Source of the DNA: an uncultured Nitrososphaerota archaeon
GTDB lineage: Archaea > Thermoproteota > Nitrososphaeria > Nitrososphaerales > Gagatemarchaeaceae
Assembly (NCBI GenBank): GCA_963718895.1
Contig: CAVRAG010000007.1
Location: forward strand, 736,001 to 800,000
Direction: 5' to 3'
DNA: 64,000 nt
Made by a program: the position numbers and the translations under genes. Below are positions 32,103 to 42,309 of the stretch, piece after piece; the stretch's first letter is position 1, and every line of letters starts with the position of its first letter. The notes under the pieces are model-generated. The model made no database searches. It was not told the origin of the DNA and saw nothing but the letters and a program-made list of their open reading frames with translations.

Positions 32103-32895
32103 TTGTCGACCAGTGGTGAAGAAGGAGGTCACGAATCGGCGCCAAAGGCGGAGAGTGGTGCAGGGTCAGAGGGAGGAGGTCCCGCCGCTAGCACACCGAA
32201 GGCCTCGACGGAGTCGAGTCCCAGTGCTCCATCGTCGGTTGAGACCGTGACCACGCCCAAAGGAGAGTACGATGTACAGCAGGAGTCTGTTCCGGCAAGA
32301 ATCGAAGCAAATAGGGTGGATTTAGGGCATGAAACGCCTGCACCCGGTTTACAGGAATCGAATAGCATTCTCTCATCTGCGCCGAGTGATGGGAGTGTGG
32401 AAGTAGGCGCGAGCAATGACAAGATTCTTAGCCATCAAGTACGGTGAAGTTCCGGCTGCGAAGTCAGGAGACAAACCAGAGACATTCTACTTATGGCAAG
32501 GACACAGTGAGGACCCTCAAGACGCTCCAAGCCTCGAAGAAGCAAAAGAGGAGGTAGCATATGCGGGTGTGCCTTCTAGGCCCCTCGAAGAGGGCGAGCA
32601 AACCAAGAAGATAGAAGAGGCCAAACTCAAGAATCCTGCCGATTACCTCGCCCCCCTCGAGCCTGTGGAGCCCGGAACATACGTCGATCTCGACAAATAC
32701 CATTATCACATGAGAGAAAGGCACGAGGGGATTGGAATAGCCAAGCCCGGTCCCATCAATGCAACCATGGATGCCAATAGCGTGAGCTTTGAATCAGCGT
32801 TGCCGCCATATGAAGAAATCCGTAAGCGCGATAACCCCGAGACCAAAGATTCTAATGAGCCTGGGGAGGAAGAGGAAGATTCGGGTCTGGGCTGA
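32103..32895 (+). CDS. Acidic hypothetical protein (probably one gene split by a frameshift)
   Basis: Overlapping ORFs 32103-32447 and 32416-32895, both E/S/P-rich; TATA-like TTATAA near 32046. Confidence 0.5.
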
Positions 32896-33042
32896 GATCT
32901 CCAGTGTGATTCGGAGTGAGTCAAGCCTAGCTTGCCGTTTTGCCATCCTCCTCAGGTGCATGTCGGAGTAGAGGTCGATCTGTCTCACTTAGGACTAGCT
33001 AACTAGCTACAGGTTGTTCCCGTGAAGAGGGCGGGATGCAGT

Positions 33043-35667
33043 TCAGCGATTTTCCTCAAAGGAGGCGCTATAGGCTCGTTTGAAAAGCTCGATGCCTCTT
33101 GGCGTAGTATTCGTCTCCCTTAGGAGGTACATCTCCAATGCTAGCAGACTCATCTGCAGCGTTTCTTCTTGGTATCCCATCTCCTTCACAGCATCGACTA
33201 GCACGGATTGGAGTCCCTCTATCCTCTCCTGGTCGTTCTTCTTTTTCAGAGCATCATCTACTCCTTGCCTTACTTTGGGTTGCTTCAGAAGAGGCTCGAG
33301 GGCAATCATGCGCTCCCAGTCTTGGTTAGCTCGGAAGTCTTTCGCATGCGCATCGTAGAAGGCGCGCATCGTCTCTGAGAGCAGGGCTTCACTCTCTTGA
33401 GGGGTCGCACTCTCCACCATCGAGATGTCGATCAGGTAAGGGCCGTGAAAACCACCCATGGAGACCATCGCCTGACCCCTCGCCAGGTACATCAGATACT
33501 GGTTCTGCTCTTCCCCAAGTCCCATGGCCTCACTCATGACCTTTCTTTCGTTCCCATCGACCAGCCCGTGCGTGATCTTCAGGTTGGTGTTCTTGATGGC
33601 GTCAGGAGCGAGCTTCGTCGGCGTCTGGTCCACGATTATTATCCCGACTCCGAACGCCCTTGCTTCATCTATCATCTCGCTTAGGGTCTCGACTGCCTTC
33701 GCCTCGGAGTGGGCACCGGTGAAATCCCCGCCGGCGGCCACCTTTGATGTGGTCGAGAAAAGCCTGTGCGCCTCCTCGATCAGGATTACCTGTCCGAGCT
33801 GCGAACTCGCGCCTCGAGCCTCCAGATGCTCGTAGATCATGCCGAAGATCACGCCCATTAGGAAGCTCTTCTCCTCGTTGTCGGCGATCAAACCCAACTC
33901 CAGTATCGTGGGTTCCCTCAGCAGTTCCTCGATCTCGATGTGGCCTGAGAACATCAATCCCTTCCCGGCGATGAGTAGGCTGTGAATCCTCCTTCGCAAC
34001 GCTTCCCTGATCTCGCCGATCGTATCCTTCTTGTACTCCAGCCTATCCACCACTCGCATCGTCTCGACGTAGAAATCGTACATGTCCGGCGTCTCGCCAC
34101 GGGTCGATGTCGCCAGGCCCCATCCTCGTCTGGTGTACGTGTTGTAGAGAGCTTCTTCGAAGATCTGCGGCAGAGGTCCCCACATTGTGAAGCTCGCCTT
34201 CAGTACTGACTTGAGCATCTCTATGTGCCTGATCACGGGGACTCGATCTGGTACGGCAAAGGGGTTTATCCTAAATCTGTACCTCATTTCATCACCGAGG
34301 GTGAAGACCCGAAGCCCTGGGACGGCCTTCGAAAGTGAGCGATACTCTGACTTCACTGGCTCGATTATTATGAAGGGGGTGGGCTTCTCGCCCGAGCGGA
34401 TTTGGCTCAGAAGCCATTTCGCGGTCTCTGTCTTGCCCCTTCCTGGCATCCCAGAGATGAAGCAGTGCATGGTGAGGTTGTTCTTCCCAATCGTCAGCGA
34501 GTTGTTTGTCGTCGCGCCTCTGTCGAGAATGGTCCCGAGCCTTATCTCTGAGCCCGAGTCGCCGCTATCATCTCTCGCGGGAGGGTTGACGGCACACTTC
34601 ACCACTGGATATACATCAAAGCCTGGCATCTCCTCCTCTGGAAGGTTGACGAGGGCGGCGAGTTCCCGGGACGTCAGGGGCGTGCACAGGCTCGGGGTCT
34701 CGAATATCCCGATCTTTGGGGTATTTCTCACGTGCCAGAACTCCAGGTTCCTTGCTGCTGCCCGCAGGTAGCTTGCGTATTCGTCGGCCAATCCAGTAAT
34801 CCGGATAATCTCGGGCTGGGACGCTTCACCCACGAAGCTACTCTTGAGAATCGAGGCCAGTTTGGCATAACCGCCGGCGGAGCGGGCGCCGAAGTAGTAG
34901 GCGACATCCCACATCCCTATCGCTTTTCCTGACCGGATACGGTCCAAATCGGTTGTAAGTGCCTCTACGTAGTCCTTCAGGTATCTGTCGCTGACCTGTC
35001 GAGTCGCAGAGACCTTGGAATCATGATACGAGACGCTGGCGAATTCTTGGTTTCCCTCTATCTCGTTCATCAGTATCTCTTCCGTCCCAATCAAGTCAGT
35101 TCTTCGGAGCGGTCTTGCCAGGACTAGGGACCACCACTCTTCGTGCTCTCCGCCGCTCGCATCTGTCATGCAGCGCAGGACTTGGTTCAGCTGGCCAGAC
35201 TTGAGACTCGGTATCCCGGTCAGGAGCCCCCCGAACTTCGTGGACCCGGCGATTCTCATAAGGATTCTCGCCGCGGATGAAGTTGCTTCCTCTGAATCGT
35301 CCAAGACAAGTCCCGGACACTTGGCCCGGTAGAGCGCGACTACGGGCGCAAGCGTCCCGGCGTCTGGTGGGCCTCCGGCTCGGAGCTCCTTCTCATAGGA
35401 TTCGAGAAGAAGGTACATGTCGATTCGATTTTGCGTTCCACGAACGAGAATACCAAAGTCTAGATTCAGAGTCCATAGCGAGACCACTACGTCCTCCACA
35501 TTCGTTCCACCGGATGGAATCCGCTCGAACCTTGCGGCTCGATAGCCTGCGACCTGCGTGACTACCGTGTTCTGCAGGAGGTCCTGTAGCTTCTCGTGGT
35601 CCCCCGAGATGCCTTCGATCGAAGCGTTGCGAAGGATACCCAGCTCGTCCTGCGGAGGACTAGTCAA
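33043..35667 (-). CDS. Large HerA/DUF87-family ATPase with N-terminal extension
   Basis: Walker A HCFISGMPGRGKT, IIEPVKSEY, Walker B LIEEAHRL, EARAFG..DQ.P. Confidence 0.88.
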   Translation of the reverse strand: MTSPPQDELGILRNASIEGISGDHEKLQDLLQNTVVTQVAGYRAARFERIPSGGTNVEDVVVSLWTLNLDFGILVRGTQNRIDMYLLLESYEKELRAGGPPDAGTLAPVVALYRAKCPGLVLDDSEEATSSAARILMRIAGSTKFGGLLTGIPSLKSGQLNQVLRCMTDASGGEHEEWWSLVLARPLRRTDLIGTEEILMNEIEGNQEFASVSYHDSKVSATRQVSDRYLKDYVEALTTDLDRIRSGKAIGMWDVAYYFGARSAGGYAKLASILKSSFVGEASQPEIIRITGLADEYASYLRAAARNLEFWHVRNTPKIGIFETPSLCTPLTSRELAALVNLPEEEMPGFDVYPVVKCAVNPPARDDSGDSGSEIRLGTILDRGATTNNSLTIGKNNLTMHCFISGMPGRGKTETAKWLLSQIRSGEKPTPFIIIEPVKSEYRSLSKAVPGLRVFTLGDEMRYRFRINPFAVPDRVPVIRHIEMLKSVLKASFTMWGPLPQIFEEALYNTYTRRGWGLATSTRGETPDMYDFYVETMRVVDRLEYKKDTIGEIREALRRRIHSLLIAGKGLMFSGHIEIEELLREPTILELGLIADNEEKSFLMGVIFGMIYEHLEARGASSQLGQVILIEEAHRLFSTTSKVAAGGDFTGAHSEAKAVETLSEMIDEARAFGVGIIIVDQTPTKLAPDAIKNTNLKITHGLVDGNERKVMSEAMGLGEEQNQYLMYLARGQAMVSMGGFHGPYLIDISMVESATPQESEALLSETMRAFYDAHAKDFRANQDWERMIALEPLLKQPKVRQGVDDALKKKNDQERIEGLQSVLVDAVKEMGYQEETLQMSLLALEMYLLRETNTTPRGIELFKRAYSASFEENR

Positions 35668-36505
35668 GTTCGACTTCGTCGTCCTTTAGCGGGGCCCGGG
35701 ATCTCGACCTGAAAAGGTCCTTCCCCAGTTCAGAAGCTCCGGTCTTGGCGACGGTCCTTTCGATCTCTCTCTTGGCACTATAGCTACTATCGGCCAAGTG
35801 ACCGACGACCAAAGGGCCTAGCATCTGGTTCAGCGTGTCTACCCTGCTTTCAAGACCCTTCATCATGGTCTTCTCGAAATCCAGTCGTCCCTCTTGATTC
35901 TTGCGGAAATCTTCCTGCAGTCCCCTGAAGGAGGATGTGACCTGTTCAGTACCGGCTATCACCTTGCCCATTCGCTCTTCCTTTATCGCGCCCAACCTCG
36001 CATTTCCGCCCTGAGCGATCGTGAACCCGGCTCGGACGCTCCCAATCGCTATCACTATTATCACCGCCAGTGAGATAATCGACGCGTACGAAGGAATGCT
36101 CTTTGACAGGATCGGGTCGACTACGAACGCGAGGAAGAGAATTACCAGAGCGGCAGTAGCGCCGATCTTGGCGAGGTCTATCAAGGTGGTGACATGGACG
36201 TGCCGCCTCATAGAGGGTTCGTGGTAGGTCGAGGAGATCTCTTCGAGGGATGTGTCGAGCAGATTCTCCATTTTCGACTGGACGCTATGAAGCCTCGTAG
36301 TCTCCTCGTCGAACTTGTCCTCCGCGCCGTCGATGAAGTTCTCCAGCTTCGCGCTCACGTGCGTGAGGTTACCAAAGACGGATTCCATTGCAGTTGGGAT
36401 GGTCTGTGAGGGGGTCAGAATCGTGGGGGGCGAGTGCGGTTGAACCCTGATCGGTAATTTCTCGTCGGAAATCGCCATCTCATCGTCGGGGTCGTCGGCA
36501 GGCAT
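35660..36505 (-). CDS. Two-TM coiled-coil membrane protein coupled to HerA
   Basis: Helical segments flank two TM helices; overlaps the HerA start. Confidence 0.75.
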   Translation of the reverse strand: MPADDPDDEMAISDEKLPIRVQPHSPPTILTPSQTIPTAMESVFGNLTHVSAKLENFIDGAEDKFDEETTRLHSVQSKMENLLDTSLEEISSTYHEPSMRRHVHVTTLIDLAKIGATAALVILFLAFVVDPILSKSIPSYASIISLAVIIVIAIGSVRAGFTIAQGGNARLGAIKEERMGKVIAGTEQVTSSFRGLQEDFRKNQEGRLDFEKTMMKGLESRVDTLNQMLGPLVVGHLADSSYSAKREIERTVAKTGASELGKDLFRSRSRAPLKDDEVELD

Positions 36506-36612
36506 AGCGTCAAAGTCCTCGTATCAACTACACCATTGAGTATTTATGACTTGTCAGCTGGAAGGAACCCTAAGGCTTTGGAGAGGAATTGAAAGACGGA
36601 GTGACAACGTAG

Positions 36613-37127
36613 TTGCCGAGTGATGGAAATGATATTCAAAGCGGCCAGTCGACACTCCAAGCTGCTCCTTCTCCCGCACAGACCAATCAACCAAAGAGCG
36701 CGGAATCTGGCGCCAACGGGTCAGCGGTTGACACCAAGCCGATGGGTGAAGTTGATTCTGTCCTGTCCGAGAATCCCAAAGTGAAATCCCTCAATGCAGA
36801 GGAATCAAACTCCATCAAGAATGCAATCTCCACAGGTTCCGGCACACAGATTCCGCAGATCGAGTAGCTTTCGAGTTCGTCTTAACCTTCCAAGTCGACA
36901 CCTCCAGCAGATGAGACCAACCTTGGCGACGCCAATTGTCATCGATGGACTCCACACCAAGGAACGGGCAGAGGGCTGTTGACAACTCTAAACTCGATTC
37001 CCTGAAGCCGCGCCTGAGATGGAAGGTGAGAAGGAAGAGAGGGGGATTGCAGGAGCGCAATGAAGACGAGCCATTCATCGGTGAAGACGAGGGCGAAGAG
37101 TAGGATGATAGAGGTGACGAGGATTGA
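36613..37127 (+). CDS. Acidic/low-complexity hypothetical protein (frameshifted; 3' end approximate)
   Basis: ORF 36613-36867 continues in other frames to a D/E-rich end. Confidence 0.35.
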
Positions 37128-37282
37128 TGGCGATCATCGGACTCGCGAACTCACGATAGCGGAATAGCAAGCCTCACAGGTGGAAAGAGCTCTCCCCGTG
37201 ATGTGGGCATCAGTCGGTCGGACCTCTTGGCGGGAAGCCTTTTAGATTCCGGAGCAGCCCGATTGAGACCGGCCAGGGTGGA

Positions 37283-39384
37283 TTGAAGGCGAATCGGGAA
37301 ATCATTTTGGGGGTAGACCTGGGAACCACAAGTTCCTGCGCAGCAATATTTGATTCTAAGGGCCTCCGAATAATCTCCACTCAGGGCATATCTGCTGAAG
37401 CGGAAAAGACATTCCCCTCGGTAGTGGCCGTCACCGGCGAGGGTCGCGTCGTGGTAGGAGAGAGGGCCAGGCTTCAGCTCTCGAATAACCATGAGAGCGC
37501 CGTGAGCGAGAACGAAGGGCAAGCTCGGCACGAACTATAGGGTGAGTTTGAATGGAAAGGAGTACACCGCTGAGCAGATAAGCGCCTTTATCATCCGGAG
37601 AATTCGGAACGAGACAGACAAGGTGCTCGGGTATCCCATCAGGAAGGTGGTCATGACCGTACCCTCGTACTTCAACTACAATCAAGATCGAGCTGTACGA
37701 GAGGCTGCAAATTTGGCAGGACTAGAGTTGGTCAGGCTGCTCCCTGAGTCCGTGGCAGCGGGCGCCGCCTGGTGCGTCGACAGGCCTGACTGGGAGGGAG
37801 AAAATGTTGGTGATCTCCCTTGGAGGGGGTGGTCACGATGTGGCAGTTATGAATACAGGAGGAGGGGTGATGCAAGTCCTCTCTACGATCGGGCAACCCG
37901 AGAGCGGAGGAGATAGCTTGGACTGGGCCATCGTCGAGCTCTTCCTGGAGGACATCAAGAACACGACGAGAACGAACCTTAGAGACGATCCAGCCTCCAT
38001 GGTCCGGTTGAAGCTCGCCGCGGAGAAGGCCAAGATGGAACTCTCGAATTTGGATTCGACGAATGTCACACTCCACTCTTCCAGCGCTTCCGAAATACTT
38101 AGATGGAACTACACGCTGACGAGGATGAAGCTAGAGGAGCTGGCGGCCCCTATGATATCGAAACTGGAGGAGTCGGTGGGCGACGCTCTCGAATCGGCAG
38201 AAGTCCCTGCGTCGGCGATTGACAGGCTGATCCTCGTCGGAGGAATGACGAGAATCCCGTTCGTCAGGACCGAATCGAGGGATTGGTCGGCAAGAGCGCA
38301 GAGGCGAAGGTCGACTTAATGTACGCACCGGCCCTCGGCGCGGCAATCGAAGCATCCGTTCTTGACGGCCAGCGGAAGGACTTCCTGATTCTTAGAACGA
38401 CGAGGCTCTCGCTCAGCGTCGACTAGGGGAGGGAAGTGTGACCAAAATCGTGAGCAAGAACACCACAATCCCCACCAAGCAGACGAGGATATTTTCGACG
38501 GCGGCGGACCTCCAGACGGCGGTCACGATTCGCGTGCTCCAAGGGGAGAGCGCGATGGCCTCCGACAACCTCCCTCCTAGGTACACTCGGGACTCGATGC
38601 AGTCCCCGCTCCCAAGGGGGTCCCTCAGATCGAGGTCGGCGTGGAGATAGATGCTTCCGAAATTCTGCGGGTCGTCGCCAAGGACCTCGGAACGGGAAAG
38701 AAGAAGGAGATGTCTCTCTCGAGATGGCACACGCTATCCGGTTCGACGAACACCGCACGCAGAGGCTCCATCGCTGAGACACCCGACGCGTCTCAGAGCG
38801 TCACTGCGACAGCCGGGACAGGCCCGGCCGCTGGTCGTGAGAGTGGCGGCCCTCCCGAGGCTGAAGAGCGGCGAATCTATCAGGAGAGGAGTGAGAAGGT
38901 GGTTGCATCAACACCTCTTCAGCACAACAGCAGGGAAGATTGGGAAAGGGTCTATCACCGCGACGTACGTCTGGCAGAAGGGGCAGCCGTGCGCAACGTC
39001 CTCGAAAAACTTCTTGCGGTGCGGGATGACCTCGATGCGGCGATAATGGCCATGGAAAAGCGAGGGGATGAGGGCCCCCTCCTTGAGGGTGTGAAAATGA
39101 CCCTCAGGAAGCTCGATTCGCTCATGGCGACAGAGGGCGTGAGGCCCATCGAGGCGGTCGGAAAGCTGTTCAACCCGCACCTGCACGAAGCAATAGATAG
39201 GGTTCAGGGTACGGGGGACAGAGACCTGGTGATTGAAGAGATTCGAAGGGGATTCATGTACGGGGACAAGGTCCTCAGACCGAGCTCTGTGAAGGTCGAG
39301 CTGGCGTCTCGGACGAACGACAATCGAACAACTGATTGGGCCGAGAGCCCGGGCCTTGTATTCCTATGGTGGGCGCGAGGTTAA
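37283..39384 (+). CDS. Divergent Hsp70/DnaK-like protein fused to a GrpE domain (several frameshifts in the Hsp70 part)
   Basis: [48 protein letters not shown]; ORF 38641-39384 runs from [13 protein letters not shown] into GrpE LEGV..FNP.LHEA..GF..GDKVLRP. Confidence 0.75.
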
Positions 39385-39469
39385 TCGAAGATCACCTCGG
39401 TCAAGCCGCCACCTCGGCAGAAGCCAGAAGGCGACGGGAGGCAGACAACCAATCAAGGACGGCGGGGGG

Positions 39470-39476
39470 TTAAATA
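39470..39476 (+). promoter_or_regulatory. Archaeal TATA box for RNA element E / LAGLIDADG unit
   Basis: TTAAATA 27 nt upstream of the element start; the same spacing occurs in copies A, B and D. Confidence 0.65.
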
Positions 39477-39496
39477 GAGTGACGGATGGTTTGTGT

Positions 39497-39895
39497 GCCC
39501 GACTCCGCGAAAATGACTCTCTCGCCCTGAACGGGAGACGATACACAGGAATTACCTGAGCCGCAAAAACGTGGTCACGAGCGCAAGGGTCTTCCACGGC
39601 GAGGCGGCCAACGGGTCGAAGAGGAAGACATCATCTTTGACTTTCCAGCGAATGCCGTCCTGGTGAAATCCCGGGAGGGCGAAACAGCGCATGTCTGCCG
39701 ACGAGGCGGACGAACAGGCGAAATCGCGCAAAGCGGACTCAGGCACCCGACCACGGCTTCTCCGAAACCAGACCCACGCTGCAGGCTCAGGTGGCCGTCT
39801 GCCCCATCTGGGATGCGTTTCAGCGTCGTTTCCCGATTTGTGGCGTGCGTGGGACCTGGCGGGAAGGAAGCTGCGGTCGAGCACAGGAGCTGAAA
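39497..39895 (+). ncRNA. Structured RNA element, copy E (leader of the LAGLIDADG gene; conserved core to ~39720)
   Basis: Hairpins TCTCTCG/CGGGAGA, CAGG/CCTG, GCCGC/GTGGT, CTTCC/GGAAG, TCCTGG/CCGGGA, GTCTGCC/GGCGGAC. Confidence 0.7.
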
Positions 39896-41146
39896 ATGCC
39901 GGATGCAAACCTACGAAAACCGGACGAAGTGGGGAAGACCGACCTTGAGCAGTACGACGTCGAGCAGGCCATCGGCATCGTCCGCGGGCTGGGAGAGGGG
40001 CTAATCGAGGCGACGGCGCACTCGAAGCACCACTTCCGCAGGGAGTGGCTCGACCAGCTCGTAGAACGGTACCGGAGACAGCCCGGCAAGCCCGTCATCC
40101 ATCTGGACGACCTCGGCGACGAAGTAATACCCACGCTCTCGGGCGGCGCTCGCGAGTTCCTCAGGCCCTACTGGGAAGGACTCGTGAAGGAGCACGGCTC
40201 GGAGTGGGGTGCCCAGAAGTTCAGGTGCGTCTGGGACATCTTCTCGGCGAGAGGGAACGTCTCGAGGTGGGCGAAGCTCGGGAACTGGAGGAGGTTCTCC
40301 GGGCTGAGGGGGCTACACGTCGACGACCTTGAGCCCTATGTCGTAGCACTGCGGGCGTCGAGCGTTGGGACCAGCAGGGTGATACTGAACCCCAAGCTGC
40401 CTTTCAACCTCGCGACGCCTGCGGGAGCGAAGATCATAGGGTACAGGGGGGATGCTGCATACAGGACATCAGCATTCCACAACCTCGAGCCGGTGCTTCA
40501 CGAGGACTACAAGCAGGCGATCACGGAGACGATAGGCGGGAATCCGTTCACGACCACCTCGAGAGAGGATGGTTGTAACAGGACGAACGTCGGAGTCTTC
40601 GTGACAATGCTGCAGTCTATCGCAGGCATCGACAACACACAGAAACAGAAGAGAGCATGCAACCCATTCCCGAGCTGGTTCTTCACCATCCCAAGCGATG
40701 TGATGGCGGCCGGTTTGAGGGCAATCTGGGACTCTGAGGGCTCGCCGGGCAAAGAACTTAGACTGGGACAGACCGTCGCAGTCGAGAACGCTAGTCCCAA
40801 GTTGAGCGCTCTGGGAATCGGAATCAAGAGACCCTTCAGCTGGCTGGAAGAATCAGCACAGGAGACGATGGGAGCAAAACCACCGATGCTTCTCACATCG
40901 ACAGCGCTGCTCTTATACACCTTCGGCATAGATTCGTATGTTGGACCGCAGAAGACTTGGAGAAGCAAGGACCAGCTCACAAGCGTGTTCTGGGTCCTCT
41001 CCATCTACAGAAAGCGGAACATGGAACTCTTCCGACAACACATCGACTTCCTGTCCACAGACAAGCAACAGAGACTACGAGACGCCATCGAGAACACAGA
41101 TCCGTCTTCCCCTTCCTCCTCTTTTTTTTCTCCTAGGGTGACTTGA
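39896..41146 (+). CDS. Free-standing two-motif LAGLIDADG (DOD-type) endonuclease-like protein with N-terminal extension
   Basis: Motif 1 AKIIGYRGDA, motif 2 PSWFF..AGLRAIWDSEGS, tail LL..FGI.S..W.L.I..N...F...I.F...K..RL; AGGAG ribosome-binding site before ATG 39896. Confidence 0.75.
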   Translation: MPDANLRKPDEVGKTDLEQYDVEQAIGIVRGLGEGLIEATAHSKHHFRREWLDQLVERYRRQPGKPVIHLDDLGDEVIPTLSGGAREFLRPYWEGLVKEHGSEWGAQKFRCVWDIFSARGNVSRWAKLGNWRRFSGLRGLHVDDLEPYVVALRASSVGTSRVILNPKLPFNLATPAGAKIIGYRGDAAYRTSAFHNLEPVLHEDYKQAITETIGGNPFTTTSREDGCNRTNVGVFVTMLQSIAGIDNTQKQKRACNPFPSWFFTIPSDVMAAGLRAIWDSEGSPGKELRLGQTVAVENASPKLSALGIGIKRPFSWLEESAQETMGAKPPMLLTSTALLLYTFGIDSYVGPQKTWRSKDQLTSVFWVLSIYRKRNMELFRQHIDFLSTDKQQRLRDAIENTDPSSPSSSFFSPRVT

Positions 41147-41427
41147 TGAAATACAAAGTGTACGCTTCGATCAGTCACGTCCCCGAAGAACGCTCGGTGA
41201 AAGCGGACTTGATTCTCGTAACCAACGGTGAGGGTAAGCTTGTTGACTACTTGCCGGGCCCGGCTACCATAGACGGGTACGAAGGGAGGTTTACTAAGAA
41301 CAAGGCTAAAGAAAGCGCGAAAGACTGGGTCAACGAAAGCCTCGAAATCGACACGAAGATAGATGACGTTCGACTCGTGCCCTATCCGCGGTTGAGCAAA
41401 ATGCTCTTCAAGCTTCAGAACAAGTGA
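41143..41427 (+). CDS. Hypothetical 94-aa protein coupled to the LAGLIDADG gene
   Basis: Overlaps the LAGLIDADG stop; truncated paralogue at 43874. Confidence 0.7.
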   Translation: MMKYKVYASISHVPEERSVKADLILVTNGEGKLVDYLPGPATIDGYEGRFTKNKAKESAKDWVNESLEIDTKIDDVRLVPYPRLSKMLFKLQNK

Positions 41428-41540
41428 TTGCTTTCTCTTGTTCGACGTTGCCGGCTAAATTCGCGGGAGCTGGAGGAGCGGAAATCGAGGGCAAGGAAGG
41501 ACGGGAAGACGCCGTTGGAGCAGCGCCAGTGTAGTTGTGA

Positions 41541-42170
41541 CTACACCGCTGTTCCGACTGTGGGCACGATCTGCGGGAGGCTCTTCTTCTTGAGGAAGAG
41601 GAGGCCAACCGCACCTAGCACCACAGCCAGGCCCGTTCCGACAACCGCGAACTGGGGCACGGTCGCTGTGACTGTGAGGGAAGCTACCTCAGTGTAGGAG
41701 CCACCACACTTCACCTCTGTACCGGTCTGAGAGCACGCGTAGATGGTCAGCGTCTCCTGGCCGTTTGTGGGAGTTACTGTGGTTGGCGCAGTCAGCGACA
41801 GTGTCATAGTCGAGGGCGACCCGTACGATGCTCCCTCACAGGTTCCTGATGGGCACGTGCTCACAGTCCCTGATGCGGGAGTGAAGGTCCAGCTCCATCC
41901 GTTGTCGGTGCCTGCGTTTGAGCTGCATCCGCTGCCTACGGGGCAGACGTAGTAGTGCATCGTCGTGCCGGAAGGCGCGTTGCTTGCATAGAACTCGAAG
42001 GTCGCGGACCCTGTGGATCCAGGTCCGGTCAGCGGTATTGTGTTACCCGACGCGCAACCGCTTACGCATTGCAAAGATCCAGAATACGGTGTTGCCATTG
42101 CGGTTGGCAGCATCATGAGAGCGAACATTGCTCCAACAGACGCCAGTACAGCGAGCTTCCTCAGTTGCAT
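41541..42170 (-). CDS. Secreted Cys-rich surface protein with PEF-CTERM-like sorting signal
   Basis: Signal peptide MQLRKLAV..; C-terminal VPQF-TM-KKK. Confidence 0.7.
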   Translation of the reverse strand: MQLRKLAVLASVGAMFALMMLPTAMATPYSGSLQCVSGCASGNTIPLTGPGSTGSATFEFYASNAPSGTTMHYYVCPVGSGCSSNAGTDNGWSWTFTPASGTVSTCPSGTCEGASYGSPSTMTLSLTAPTTVTPTNGQETLTIYACSQTGTEVKCGGSYTEVASLTVTATVPQFAVVGTGLAVVLGAVGLLFLKKKSLPQIVPTVGTAV

Positions 42171-42309
42171 ATTCTTCTCGTGGTTTGGGTCGGTTATAAG
42201 GCCTAAGAAGCCGAAATCAATGGACGTGTATTTGAAATTCATGTCTAATTTGGTGGAGAATTCGCAAAAAACTTGGGTGTTTTCTGAGGGCTGCGGGGCA
42301 CGTAGTAGG

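Noticed and set aside
41105-41135. Poly-T terminator after the LAGLIDADG gene
   Set aside because: The tract lies inside the reading frame as given and the next gene overlaps the stop; homopolymer length is unreliable here, so it is not called
39896-41146. Intein or intron-encoded endonuclease
   Set aside because: No Hint splicing motifs (N-terminal Cys, C-terminal His-Asn), no interrupted host gene or rRNA/tRNA exons around it, and no group II domain V or reverse transcriptase seen
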